From: an uncultured Pseudomonadota bacterium
GTDB taxonomy: Bacteria; Pseudomonadota; Alphaproteobacteria; Rs-D84; CACZYB01
Assembly: GCA_902785275.1 (NCBI GenBank)
Contig: CACZYB010000001.1
Location: 199,884-263,883 of the forward strand
Direction of reading: 5' to 3'
Length of the DNA: 64,000 nt
In this document: positions 45,176-54,630 of the stretch, piece by piece
How positions within the stretch are numbered: the stretch's first letter is position 1
How the letters are laid out: every line of letters starts with the position of its first letter
The notes under the pieces: generated by a model
What the model was told of the DNA's origin: nothing
Seen by the model: only the letters and a program-made list of their open reading frames with translations
Databases searched by the model: none
Program-made: the position numbers and the translations under genes

Positions 45176-45733
45176 TTAAGAATTCTGTTTATTTCGTCTT
45201 TCTATACGATATTTTTCAAACTTCATTGTAACTTTGTATCCAACAATAGAAAAAACAACAGCCCATGGTAAACAACCAACAACCATAGAAACGCCCCAAT
45301 CTTTAAGAAGTATCTTAAAAAGTAATCCCCACTTTTCTACAAAACCTAAATCACCCATAAACGCTTCTTTAAAAATACTTGAAAGCTTTCCATAACCGTT
45401 TATATCAGAAATATTTCCACGTAAAATCTGCCCTGTAACATAGAATATATAATATACAGGTATCATAGTAAATACATTGGTAACCCATGTATAGGCAATT
45501 CCAAGTACAAGTGAAAAATCAATATGCAAAACTTTCTTAAAGAAAACCCATGTCATAAAAACAATCCACATCTGTATTCCAACCAAAGGAGTCATTGCCC
45601 AAAAAAGACCAACTGCAACACCCAAAGCTTTAACTTCTGGTGGTAAAGAAAGTCTTGCTACTGGAACAACCAATTTCATTTTCAAAAGTCTTTGTAATCT
45701 TTCTTTCAATGTATATTTCTTATGTTTTACCAT
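45176..45733 (-). CDS. DUF2062-family membrane protein
   Basis: LSLPPEVKALGVAVGLFWAMTPLVGIQMWIVF is the DUF2062 pattern, with multiple TM helices. Confidence 0.65.
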   Translation of the reverse strand: MVKHKKYTLKERLQRLLKMKLVVPVARLSLPPEVKALGVAVGLFWAMTPLVGIQMWIVFMTWVFFKKVLHIDFSLVLGIAYTWVTNVFTMIPVYYIFYVTGQILRGNISDINGYGKLSSIFKEAFMGDLGFVEKWGLLFKILLKDWGVSMVVGCLPWAVVFSIVGYKVTMKFEKYRIERRNKQNS

Positions 45734-45987
45734 AATATTTTAAATCCTATCTTATTGATTTTACAAAATAATTTTTAAATTTATAAAAATATTAACAAAT
45801 TAAATTTAAATATAACACCAAAAATAAACTTGTCAATTATAATTATAAAAATAAAATTTAAACATATAAATAAACTTAACTATTTGTTTTTACAATAAAA
45901 ATATCTTATAAAAAGCAAATCTTTATATTTTATAAGTTATTCTTAATTAATCAAAAAATTATTATAAATATTATTATGAAAATTTTC

Positions 45988-46143
45988 AAAAAAAATCACC
46001 TCGTGTAAGACGAGGTTTAATTCTTTAACTTAGGTAACAGGATTGCTCGGGATAATATCCCCCATCCTTAAAGACCACTCTCGAAACCGTTCGTTAAAAC
46101 TCACCGAATCAACTTCGCATGGTTTAATTTATCTAATCAAAGC
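45988..46143 (-). ncRNA. Candidate small RNA of unknown class with its own intrinsic terminator
   Basis: A relatively GC-rich, ORF-free island in very AT-rich DNA. The minus strand ends in ACCUCG-UCUUACA-CGAGGU followed by GAUUUUUUUU (46016-45988). An internal long hairpin is GGU..AAGGAU-GG-GGGAU-AUU-AUCCC-GAGCA-AUCCU..ACC. Confidence 0.4.
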
Positions 46144-46172
46144 AAAAATAAAATCCCATCGAAATGGGATTT
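46144..46172 (-). terminator. Terminator after tRNA-Gln
   Basis: ATCCCAT-N4-ATGGGAT followed, on the minus strand, by TTTTATTTTT. Confidence 0.65.
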
Positions 46173-46179
46173 GATTTTA

Positions 46180-46254
46180 TGGCTGGGGTGGCTGGATTCG
46201 AACCAACGAATGGCGGAACCAAAACCCGCTGCCTTACCACTTGGCGACACCCCA
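46180..46254 (-). tRNA. tRNA-Gln(UUG)
   Basis: The reverse complement TGGGGTGTCGCCAAGTGGTAAGGCAGCGGGTTTTGGTTCCGCC...GGTTCGAATCCAGCCACCCCAGCCA has anticodon loop TTTTGGT. Confidence 0.9.
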
Positions 46255-46297
46255 AAAGATGTATACATAATATAATATATTTTTAAAAAATCAACAA

Positions 46298-46528
46298 CTA
46301 TTTTAAAAAGTTAAATCTTTTAATTAAATTTCCATCTTTTTCAACAGTTTCCAAAAACATTTTCTTTGGTCGGACCCAAATCTGTCCATCACCATATAAT
46401 GCTTTGTAAACAACCATCTCTTCTAAATTCTCACTATCTTTAGCAAGAGCTAAAACTTTATACTCATTTCCTTTAAAATGTTTATAAGTACCACCAATTA
46501 TAACTTTTTCTTCCATAATTTTTTCCAA
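46298..46528 (-). CDS. DUF1653-family protein
   Basis: GGTYKHFKGNEYKVLALAKDSENLEEMVVYKALYGDGQIWVRPKKMF. Confidence 0.7.
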   Translation of the reverse strand: MEKIMEEKVIIGGTYKHFKGNEYKVLALAKDSENLEEMVVYKALYGDGQIWVRPKKMFLETVEKDGNLIKRFNFLK

Positions 46529-46530
46529 AC

Positions 46531-46747
46531 TGTTAATAAATTGTTAATAACTTTTGTAAATATGTTAATATCTTTATCATTTTAAATCAATCAACAAATC
46601 TATTAACATGTGAATAACTTTAATAAAATTTCAAAAATTGTTAATAACTAAAAAAAGAATCCCTATTTTAAGGGATTCCATATAATAAAAAATAATTTTT
46701 TTCTGTGAATAAGTGGACTCAAAACTATTAATAAACAGTTTTCACAG
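46531..46747. promoter_or_regulatory. Cluster of repeated boxes: 2x TGTGAATAA (DnaA-box-like), an exact 14-mer AATTGTTAATAACT twice, extra TGTTAATA copies, and one TTAA-N7-TTAA
   Basis: TGTGAATAA at 46609-46617 and 46704-46712. AATTGTTAATAACT at 46539-46552 and 46636-46649. TGTTAATAA at 46531-46539, and TTAAtaaattgTTAA at 46533-46547. The inverted pair CTGTGAA/TTCACAG lies at 46703-46709 and 46741-46747. Confidence 0.45.
46650..46678 (-). terminator. Terminator after parB
   Basis: GAATCCCT-ATTTTA-AGGGATTC with TTTTTTT following on the minus strand. Confidence 0.6.
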
Positions 46748-46766
46748 GCCCTACAACAAAAACTAT

Positions 46767-47651
46767 TTATATATTATTTAGTTTTGTGGTTATGTTGTTA
46801 AGTTCAGACAAATCATTAAACTTAATAACAATTTCACCTTTCTTACCTTTAAGTTTAATATCTACTTTTGCATTCAAGGTATCAGAAAGATTTTCACGTA
46901 AAGAGATTAACTCACTTGTAAGTTCATTTGACTCTTCAGAAGAAGTTTCATTTTTCTTTACAGGTTTTACTATATCCTCTGCTTCCTTAACTGTCATATC
47001 ACCTTTCAATATTGATTTTGCCATCTTTATTGGATTTTCTTTTCCAACTAAAGTTCTTGCAATACTGTATGAAAGATCTCCATTATTAACCATATCTTGA
47101 ACTTCCTGAGGAAGATAAAGAAGTCTTAAAACATTTGCAATGTATGAACGGCTTTTATTAACTATCTTTGCAATATCTTCCTGAGTGTAATCAAAAGAGT
47201 TCATAAGTTTCTTGTAACCATTAGCTTCTTCGATAGGTGAAAGATTTTCTCTTTGTAAATTTTCAATCAAACCTATCTCAAAAGTTTCTTTATCTGATAA
47301 TTCTTTGATTATAGCTGGAATTTCAGTTATTCCAGCAAAAGTACTAGCTCTCCATCTTCTTTCACCAGCAATAATTTCATACATATTTGGCTGGGTTTTT
47401 AGTTCTCTAACTAAAATTGGTTGTAAAACACCATTTTTTTCAATAGATGAAGCTAATTCTTTTAATTGATCTTCCTTAAAATTTTTTCTTGGCTGATCTT
47501 TATTTGGAACTATATTACCAACAGGAATATATTTTATATCACCCTGCTCTACTTCTGTCTCTGAATTTGGATTTTTAAAAACAGGAACTTCTTTTTGCTT
47601 ATTTTCAAAAAAAGTTGATAAACCTTTTCCTAATCTTGACTCTACTTTCAT
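46767..47651 (-). CDS. parB: Chromosome partitioning protein ParB/Spo0J
   Basis: NKDQPRKNF...GVLQPILVR...IIAGERRWRAS and an HTH region (DIAKIVNKSRSYIANVLRLL). Confidence 0.92.
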   Translation of the reverse strand: MKVESRLGKGLSTFFENKQKEVPVFKNPNSETEVEQGDIKYIPVGNIVPNKDQPRKNFKEDQLKELASSIEKNGVLQPILVRELKTQPNMYEIIAGERRWRASTFAGITEIPAIIKELSDKETFEIGLIENLQRENLSPIEEANGYKKLMNSFDYTQEDIAKIVNKSRSYIANVLRLLYLPQEVQDMVNNGDLSYSIARTLVGKENPIKMAKSILKGDMTVKEAEDIVKPVKKNETSSEESNELTSELISLRENLSDTLNAKVDIKLKGKKGEIVIKFNDLSELNNITTKLNNI

Positions 47652-47661
47652 ATTTCCCTCC

Positions 47662-48471
47662 TTAAGCTACTTTTTTAAGATTTTTATTTTCATTTCTTGT
47701 TATGAATTCAGCAGCTAAATTTATATAAGCTTGACTTCCCATACAATCTAAATCATATAAAATAACAGGTTTTCCATGTGAAGGAGCCTCTGAAATTCTT
47801 ACATTTCTTGGTATTAATGTATTAAAAACAAGTTCTCCAAAACAATTTCTTACATCTTTTTCAACAAGCTCAGAAAGTTTATTTCTTCTATCATACATAG
47901 TAAGTAAAACACCTTCAATTTCCAGTTCGTTATTAATATTTTGTTGAACAAGTTGTATTGTATTCATAAGATGACTTACACCTTCTAATGCAAAAAATTC
48001 ACATTGTAATGGTATCATAACAGAGTCAGATGCACCTAAAGCATTAAGTGTTAAAAAGCCAAGTGCTGGTGGACAATCTATTAAAATATAGTCATATTCT
48101 GATAAAAATTGATTTTTTTGAAAAAGATAACGTAATTTTAAAGTTTTTTCTTCCATATTTGCAAGATCAATTTCAGCAGCAGAAAGATCAATAGAAGCCG
48201 GAATTACATCTAAATTTTTTATTTTTGTTTGTTTTATTACTTCTTTAAAAGTATTTTTTTCAAAAAGTAAAGAATAAATATCTTCATTTCTTTCATTTTG
48301 TTCAATTCCAAGACCTGTACTTGCATTTCCTTGAGGATCAAAATCTATTACTAAAACTTTTTTATCTATTGTCGCAAGTGCAGTTGCTAAATTTATAGCT
48401 GTTGTTGTTTTACCAACCCCGCCTTTTTGGTTTGTTATTGATATTATTTTTGTATTTTGAAATATTGTCAT
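47662..48471 (-). CDS. parA: Chromosome partitioning ATPase ParA/Soj
   Basis: ISITNQKGGVGKTTTAINLA (deviant Walker A), DFDPQGNAS and ILIDCPP. Confidence 0.92.
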   Translation of the reverse strand: MTIFQNTKIISITNQKGGVGKTTTAINLATALATIDKKVLVIDFDPQGNASTGLGIEQNERNEDIYSLLFEKNTFKEVIKQTKIKNLDVIPASIDLSAAEIDLANMEEKTLKLRYLFQKNQFLSEYDYILIDCPPALGFLTLNALGASDSVMIPLQCEFFALEGVSHLMNTIQLVQQNINNELEIEGVLLTMYDRRNKLSELVEKDVRNCFGELVFNTLIPRNVRISEAPSHGKPVILYDLDCMGSQAYINLAAEFITRNENKNLKKVA

Positions 48472-48641
48472 ATTTCCTCCTGATTTGTTTTTATATATTA
48501 AAAATATAAGATTTTTTTAGAATCTTTGCAAGAAATTTTTAATTATTACCGGTATTTTTTTTATTTATATCGAATTTATTATTAAAAATTATAAAATTTT
48601 TAAAAGTTAATATATTGTTTTTACAGAGAAATAGTTGAAAT

Positions 48642-48657
48642 TGTTTCACGTGAAACA
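48642..48657. promoter_or_regulatory. parS centromere site (perfect consensus palindrome)
   Basis: TGTTTCACGTGAAACA lies between rsmG and parA. Confidence 0.85.
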
Positions 48658-48692
48658 ATTTTATTGAAAATTAAAATTTTTGTATAAAATAA

Positions 48693-49250
48693 TTATTTTT
48701 TAGAAATATTTGTTATTTTTATAATAAAACCATCTTGTTTTTTATTTAAAACAAAATTAAAATTCCAATTAATTTTTGCTTTATTTATTTCTTCATTTAT
48801 GTTTTCACCTTTAAGTAAATACATTTCAGTTTTATCATAAATAATATTTTCACATAGATCTAAAAATTTATCTAATGGTGCAAAAGCACGTCCAATTATT
48901 GTATTAGCTTTTGATTTAATTTTTTCCACACGATCGTTTATAATATTGCAATCAATATTATATTCTTTTTTTATTTCTTTAAGAAAAAAGCATTTTCTTT
49001 CATCTGCTTCAATAAAATTTATTCCTTTTATACCGGCAACGCTTAAAACCATACCTGGAAAACCACCACCACTACCTATATCATAGATATTTTCTTTATC
49101 TTTTAAATAATCATAAAGATATAAACTGTCTTTAAAATGTCTTTCCCAAATAGAAGGTATTGTTTTTGGGCTGATAAGGTTTATCGCCTTTTGCCATTTT
49201 AAAAGAATTTTTATATAATTTTCAAATTTTTCTTTTTTTATTTCAGTCAT
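48693..49250 (-). CDS. rsmG: 16S rRNA m7G527 methyltransferase RsmG (GidB)
   Basis: LLKWQKAINLIS...DIGSGGGFPGMVLSV, located upstream of parAB. Confidence 0.85.
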   Translation of the reverse strand: MTEIKKEKFENYIKILLKWQKAINLISPKTIPSIWERHFKDSLYLYDYLKDKENIYDIGSGGGFPGMVLSVAGIKGINFIEADERKCFFLKEIKKEYNIDCNIINDRVEKIKSKANTIIGRAFAPLDKFLDLCENIIYDKTEMYLLKGENINEEINKAKINWNFNFVLNKKQDGFIIKITNISKK

Positions 49251-49319
49251 TTTTTATACTTTTTTTTAAACGTTTTTTGTGGTATAATATATTATATATA
49301 ATATAAGGTATACAAGAAA

Positions 49320-51044
49320 ATGCAAAATAAAAAAGTAAAAAATATATTTTCAACAATTTTTATTATTGGATTTATTTCCTTTTTGTTTTTAGCGTACGTT
49401 TTTGAAAATTCAGAAATTATAGTAAAAACAAAAAATTATGAATCTAATGATTTATTAAAAGAAAATAAATATGGACTTTTTTTATCAAGCTTTCATGCTA
49501 ATATTTCTGGTGATTTTCCTAAACTTTCATCTATTTATCCAGATGCAATCTCTCAAAATAAAGATGATTTTTTGGGAAAAGAACTTATATTAAAATCAAT
49601 AACAAGTGATAAAAAGGATACTTTTTCTTTTGCATTAAAAGAATATCAAAAAAATAAAAATAATATAATTCCAGTAATGTACCTTGCTAATGATTATTTT
49701 TTAAAAGGTAATTATAAAAAAGCGTATGATATTTATAATGGTATGGGTGAAAAATCTGAAACCTTTATTATTAAGCTGTTACGTTCATGGATTTTGATTG
49801 CTCAAAATAATTACGAAGAAGCATTGGATCTTCTTGAAACAGAAATTGAAAATCCTGCTTTTCGTAAATATGTTTTAATGCATCTTGGTGCTCAGGCTGA
49901 AATTGCAAAAGATTTTGATTATGCAGATGAAATTTATACGGAACTTTTAAATAATAATGATTTAAATATTTTTGATATTGAAAATATTACTGCTTTTTAT
50001 TTAAAAAGAAATAATAAAAATAAAGCAATGGAAATTTTAAATGATTATTATAATAAAAAGCCGGATTCAATATCTATTTTATCATTGTTAAGTAAAATTA
50101 AAAAAGATTTATATAAACCAGTATCTCTTGATACTGCAAAAAAAGGAATGGCAAAAGCTTTATTTGATATTTCATTTCTTTTGAATTCAGTTTTTTCATC
50201 AGCACAAGATTTACATCTTATGTATCTTTCTATGATAAATGATTTGTATCCAGAACTTTATATGGCAAATATTGTACAGGCTGAAATTTATAAAAAATAT
50301 TCAATGACAGAGAGTGTTTATGAATATCTTGATTTAATACCAGAAAATCATTATCTTTATTTAATATCCAGAATTAATAAAATATTTTATGATTTTTCTG
50401 TTTTAAAAAAAGAAAAGAAATCACTGGAATCTTTTAATGATTTGATTAAAAAATATCCAACCTATACACATTTATATCTTAAACTTGGAAATTATTATCA
50501 AGATATCAAAGATTATGATAATGCTTTGAAGAATTATTCAAAAGTTTTAAGTTTAACTGAAAATAAAAAACTTCAGGCAAAAACATATTATCTTATTGCT
50601 CGTGTGTATGACGATTTAAAAGATATAGAAAAGGCTAGGGTGAATTTTGATAAATCTTATGAATTAGGAAATAACGAACCTGACTTTTTGAATTATTATG
50701 GTTATTTCCTTGTTTATAATAACCTTGATTTTAGTAAAGGTTTAGTTTTGATTTCTGGTGCAATTATAAAGGAACCATCAAATCCATATTACCTTGATAG
50801 TTATGGTTGGGCATTATTTAGAAATAATGATGTTGAAAAAGCTTTATTTACACTTGAATTTGCAAAAAGTTTACAACCAAAAAATCCAATCATTGTAAAT
50901 CATCTTGCAGATATTTATTGGTTTTTGGATCGTAAACGTGAAGCTATATTTGAGTGGAAAAAAGCTTTATCTTTACAAAAAAATTTTCCACAGGAAGAAT
51001 TAAATTCTAATGAAATAGAATACAAAATTAATTTCGGTTTATAA
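49320..51044 (+). CDS. TPR-repeat protein with N-terminal TM anchor
   Basis: 574 aa with TM IFSTIFIIGFISFLFLAYVF and multiple TPR-like helical pairs (for example YLKLGNYYQDIKDYDNALKNYSKVLSL). Confidence 0.7.
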   Translation: MQNKKVKNIFSTIFIIGFISFLFLAYVFENSEIIVKTKNYESNDLLKENKYGLFLSSFHANISGDFPKLSSIYPDAISQNKDDFLGKELILKSITSDKKDTFSFALKEYQKNKNNIIPVMYLANDYFLKGNYKKAYDIYNGMGEKSETFIIKLLRSWILIAQNNYEEALDLLETEIENPAFRKYVLMHLGAQAEIAKDFDYADEIYTELLNNNDLNIFDIENITAFYLKRNNKNKAMEILNDYYNKKPDSISILSLLSKIKKDLYKPVSLDTAKKGMAKALFDISFLLNSVFSSAQDLHLMYLSMINDLYPELYMANIVQAEIYKKYSMTESVYEYLDLIPENHYLYLISRINKIFYDFSVLKKEKKSLESFNDLIKKYPTYTHLYLKLGNYYQDIKDYDNALKNYSKVLSLTENKKLQAKTYYLIARVYDDLKDIEKARVNFDKSYELGNNEPDFLNYYGYFLVYNNLDFSKGLVLISGAIIKEPSNPYYLDSYGWALFRNNDVEKALFTLEFAKSLQPKNPIIVNHLADIYWFLDRKREAIFEWKKALSLQKNFPQEELNSNEIEYKINFGL

Positions 51045-51106
51045 AAATACTCAGTAATTTTCTATACTAGTTTTATTAATATAAAGAATCCACTGGGTTT
51101 TTGTTT

Positions 51107-53116
51107 TTATTTATAAGTGTATGCATCTGAATAGCTTGAATGTTCAATATCCTCTCTTGGAAGTTCTTGAAGAAATATAGATGGAATATTTTGTTGCCAT
51201 TGGCCGAATACAAGTCTGCTTCCTGCATAATATATTTCTACAATCTTTTTTGCACGAGTTATTCCAACATAAGCTAATCTTCTTTCTTCTTCCACAGAAC
51301 TACTTAATTGATCACCCATAGATTTTTCATTTGGAAAAATACCCATTTCCCATCCAGGAAGAAATACTATATCAAATTCCAAACCTTTTGCTGCATGCAA
51401 AGTCATTAATGATACGTATTCAGAGTTATCAATAGTTGTTTGATTACTTTCAGTAAATAAAGTAATATATTCCAAAAATTCAGGGATAGACTCAAAATCA
51501 GCCTTTATTATACCAATAAGTTCCATTATATTTTGAACTTTTGTTTCGGCTTCCATCTTTTTGGAATTTTGCCACATTTCAAAATAACCGGATTCATGTA
51601 TTATATGTTCAACAAGTTGAGCTTGATCCATAACTTTATTTGTATCAAAAAGATTATCGCTTTTTCCACTGTAAATCATTCTCCATTTATAAAAATCATC
51701 TATAAATTTTTGAAGATTTAAACTTGCTTTACCGGTAATTTTATTTGATTTCAACATTCTATCAGTCGCTTCAAATAATGATGTTTTATTTGCTCTAGCA
51801 TACTCTGATATTGCTTGAAGAGTTCTTTCTCCAACACCACGTTTTGGTACGTTTATAATTCTTTCAAATGAAAGATTATCTTGTGGATAAATAAGTAATC
51901 TTAAGTAAGCAATAATATCTTTTATTTCTTGTCTTTCATAGAAACGTAATCCACCAACAATTTTATATGGAATACCGGCTCTTATTAACTTTTCTTCAAA
52001 AAGACGTGTTTGATAACCAGCTCTTACTAATATTGCCATTTCAGAAAGAGAATAATTGTGTCTTTGATAATATTCAATTTCATCTACAACTTGTAAAGCT
52101 TCTTCCTCTCCATTCCAAACACCGTGAACCTGTATTTTTTTACTATTAGGATCAGCAAGCATAGCTGAGCAAGGTTTTAATTCTTTTCCGAGCCTGTCTT
52201 TATTTCTTGAAATTAAACATGATGCAGCATGAAGTATATGAGGTGTGGAACGATAATTTGTTTCCAATCTTATGATTGTTGCATTATCATAATCCTTTTC
52301 AAAACGTAAAATATTTTCAATTTCTGCACCTCTCCATGAATAAATAGATTGATCATCATCACCAACACAACAGATATTATGATGAAAATCAGAAAGAAGT
52401 TTCAATAATTTATATTGTACTGCATTAGTATCCTGATACTCATCTACTAAAATATATTTAAATTTTTGTTGGTATTCTTGTAAAATAACTGGGTTTTTCT
52501 CAAAAATCATAAGTGGATAAAGTAATAAATCACCAAAATCCACAGCATTTAGTTCTTTTAATTTTTCTTGATACACACGGTAAACTTCCAAAAGTCGGCC
52601 GTTTATAGTATCAACATCAATCATTTTTATATTTTCATCATCAAAATAAAAAGCTTTATCTTTTAATCTTGCAATATTTTCAAGAACAATAGCTGGGGAC
52701 CACTTTTTTGTATCAATTCTAAGTTCTTCTTCCATAACTTTTTTAACCAAAACTTTTTGATCATTTTCATCATATATAATAAAGTTTGGTTTAAGTCCGA
52801 CAAGTGAAGTGTATTTTTTAAGTATCTTAAGTCCGATAGAATGAAATGTACCAATCCATAAACTTTCTGCATTATCACCAATCATATTCTTTATACGATT
52901 TTTCATTTCATTTGCGGCTTTATTGGTAAAAGTTACCGCTAAGATTTGCCATGGTAAAGCCAGTTGTTTTGATATAATATAGGCAATCCTTGATGTTAAA
53001 ACACGTGTTTTTCCGGTTCCAGCCCCAGAAAGCACCAATAATGGTCCTTCTGTTGTCTCTACAGCACTTCTTTGTTCTGGATTTAGTTTATTTAACCAAT
53101 CGGGAATAATATTCAT
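51107..53116 (-). CDS. UvrD/Rep/PcrA-family ATP-dependent DNA helicase
   Basis: LNPEQRSAV...VLSGAGTGKTRVLT (motif I), ILVDEYQDTN (motif II), LETNYRST and TLHAAKGLEFD. Confidence 0.9.
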   Translation of the reverse strand: MNIIPDWLNKLNPEQRSAVETTEGPLLVLSGAGTGKTRVLTSRIAYIISKQLALPWQILAVTFTNKAANEMKNRIKNMIGDNAESLWIGTFHSIGLKILKKYTSLVGLKPNFIIYDENDQKVLVKKVMEEELRIDTKKWSPAIVLENIARLKDKAFYFDDENIKMIDVDTINGRLLEVYRVYQEKLKELNAVDFGDLLLYPLMIFEKNPVILQEYQQKFKYILVDEYQDTNAVQYKLLKLLSDFHHNICCVGDDDQSIYSWRGAEIENILRFEKDYDNATIIRLETNYRSTPHILHAASCLISRNKDRLGKELKPCSAMLADPNSKKIQVHGVWNGEEEALQVVDEIEYYQRHNYSLSEMAILVRAGYQTRLFEEKLIRAGIPYKIVGGLRFYERQEIKDIIAYLRLLIYPQDNLSFERIINVPKRGVGERTLQAISEYARANKTSLFEATDRMLKSNKITGKASLNLQKFIDDFYKWRMIYSGKSDNLFDTNKVMDQAQLVEHIIHESGYFEMWQNSKKMEAETKVQNIMELIGIIKADFESIPEFLEYITLFTESNQTTIDNSEYVSLMTLHAAKGLEFDIVFLPGWEMGIFPNEKSMGDQLSSSVEEERRLAYVGITRAKKIVEIYYAGSRLVFGQWQQNIPSIFLQELPREDIEHSSYSDAYTYK

Positions 53117-53233
53117 TCTTTTCTATCTTTATTTTTTGTTTTACTTATGTTCGATTATATAAAAAATAGTAATTATTTCAAGTTATTTTTATTTAAAAGA
53201 AAAAGGTACAACTTTCATCGTACCTTTATTTTT

Positions 53234-54016
53234 TTATTTTCCAGTTATTTCTTTGAATCCTTTGTCAACAACCTCATAACAATATTTAGCCAACTCTTTT
53301 CTATCTTTAAATTTTGTTATATCAACAGGATCGTGAATAATTACTTCCATAGTAAATGGAACATGCTTCAAAGCATTCAATAAATGTTCACCCAAAGTTT
53401 GTTCCTTAATATACCATGCATAATTATGTCTTTGTTCATCAGAAAGTTTTTTCCTTCCTTCATACATATATGCAATAGATATAGGTTGTATTAATACAGG
53501 GTTATCAGTCTGTTTTTCAAATTGATTTTCAAACATCGCAAACAATGAACTTTTAAAAGGAAGTACTTCGTTGCCATCAGTTGATGTTCCTTCTGGGAAA
53601 ACAATTACTGGAATTCTTCTTTTTTCCAGTTCTTTTTCCATAAAACCAACTTCATGACCAGCCTGCATCTTATTTCTGGAAATAAATATAGTATTTCCAA
53701 TAGTTGCAATATAACCAAAAACCGGCCATTTTTTCACATCTGCTTTTGATATAAAGTTTGTGATAATTTTTGAACCAAGTCCGAAAATATCAAGATATGA
53801 ATTATGATTTGAAACCAAAAGCACTTTTTTATTTTTTACAACCTTACCTTTTACGATTTTTACTTTCATACCAATACAAAAGCAAAAGATTTTAAAAGCA
53901 ATAAGGTTATAATAAGGTGCAATTCTTGTCTTGTATAAAAAAATTAAGGGTGGTACCACCAATATCATCGCGAGGACGAATAGTACAACCCTTATGTAAG
54001 CGATTAAAGTTTTCAT
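53234..54016 (-). CDS. plsC: 1-acyl-sn-glycerol-3-phosphate acyltransferase
   Basis: SNHNSYLDIF (HX4D) and VFPEGTST motifs, with an N-terminal TM. Confidence 0.8.
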   Translation of the reverse strand: MKTLIAYIRVVLFVLAMILVVPPLIFLYKTRIAPYYNLIAFKIFCFCIGMKVKIVKGKVVKNKKVLLVSNHNSYLDIFGLGSKIITNFISKADVKKWPVFGYIATIGNTIFISRNKMQAGHEVGFMEKELEKRRIPVIVFPEGTSTDGNEVLPFKSSLFAMFENQFEKQTDNPVLIQPISIAYMYEGRKKLSDEQRHNYAWYIKEQTLGEHLLNALKHVPFTMEVIIHDPVDITKFKDRKELAKYCYEVVDKGFKEITGK

Positions 54017-54058
54017 AATAAAACCTTACAATCTGTTTATTACTTACCCAATCAATGT

Positions 54059-54547
54059 TTATTCATTAGCAGGGGTAGGAGCAGGTGCAGTTTCATTTGC
54101 AGGAGCTTCATTATTTTCCATAGGTTTTACTTCTACTTTTGAAAAATCAATAGGAGCAAGTACAAAAGGAGGGAATCCACTTTCTTTTGTAAGATCTGTT
54201 ACAATACCACGTGCAAATGGGAAAAGATAAGCAGGTACTTGTTTAAGTAAGATATCTGTATTTTCTTCTTTTGAATTTTGAGCGTTAACTGCAACCATAG
54301 AACTATAAGAAAGTTCAATGAAGTACAAAGTTCTTTCTTTTAATGAATTTTTTACAGTCAAATGAATGTTTACTTCAAAAAGATTTTCCCCAGCAGGAGC
54401 AGATTTGATTTCAAAACCAACTTCTACATTTGGTTTTTCTTCTATCTTTTCAAAAAATATTCTTGGAGAATTAGGAGCTTCAAAAGATAAATCTTTTATA
54501 AATTGATTTAAAATTTCAAATTTTTTTGTGTTAGTATTTTCAACCAT
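54059..54547 (-). CDS. secB: Protein-export chaperone SecB
   Basis: ILNQFIKDLSFEAPNSPRIF...LLKQVPAYLFPFARGIVTDLTKESGFPPFVLAPIDF. Confidence 0.85.
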   Translation of the reverse strand: MVENTNTKKFEILNQFIKDLSFEAPNSPRIFFEKIEEKPNVEVGFEIKSAPAGENLFEVNIHLTVKNSLKERTLYFIELSYSSMVAVNAQNSKEENTDILLKQVPAYLFPFARGIVTDLTKESGFPPFVLAPIDFSKVEVKPMENNEAPANETAPAPTPANE

Positions 54548-54630
54548 TTTAATTTTCCTCTTTAAATTTGATTTTTTTTATATTATATATAATACGTAAT
54601 AAAACAAATAAAAACAAGAAAATTTTTAAA

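Noticed and set aside
45988-46143. Assigning the candidate small RNA to SRP (4.5S), 6S or tmRNA
   Set aside because: I found no GGAA-tetraloop domain IV pattern, no tRNA-like 3' end or tag reading frame, and no 6S-type central bubble. It is left as unknown class.
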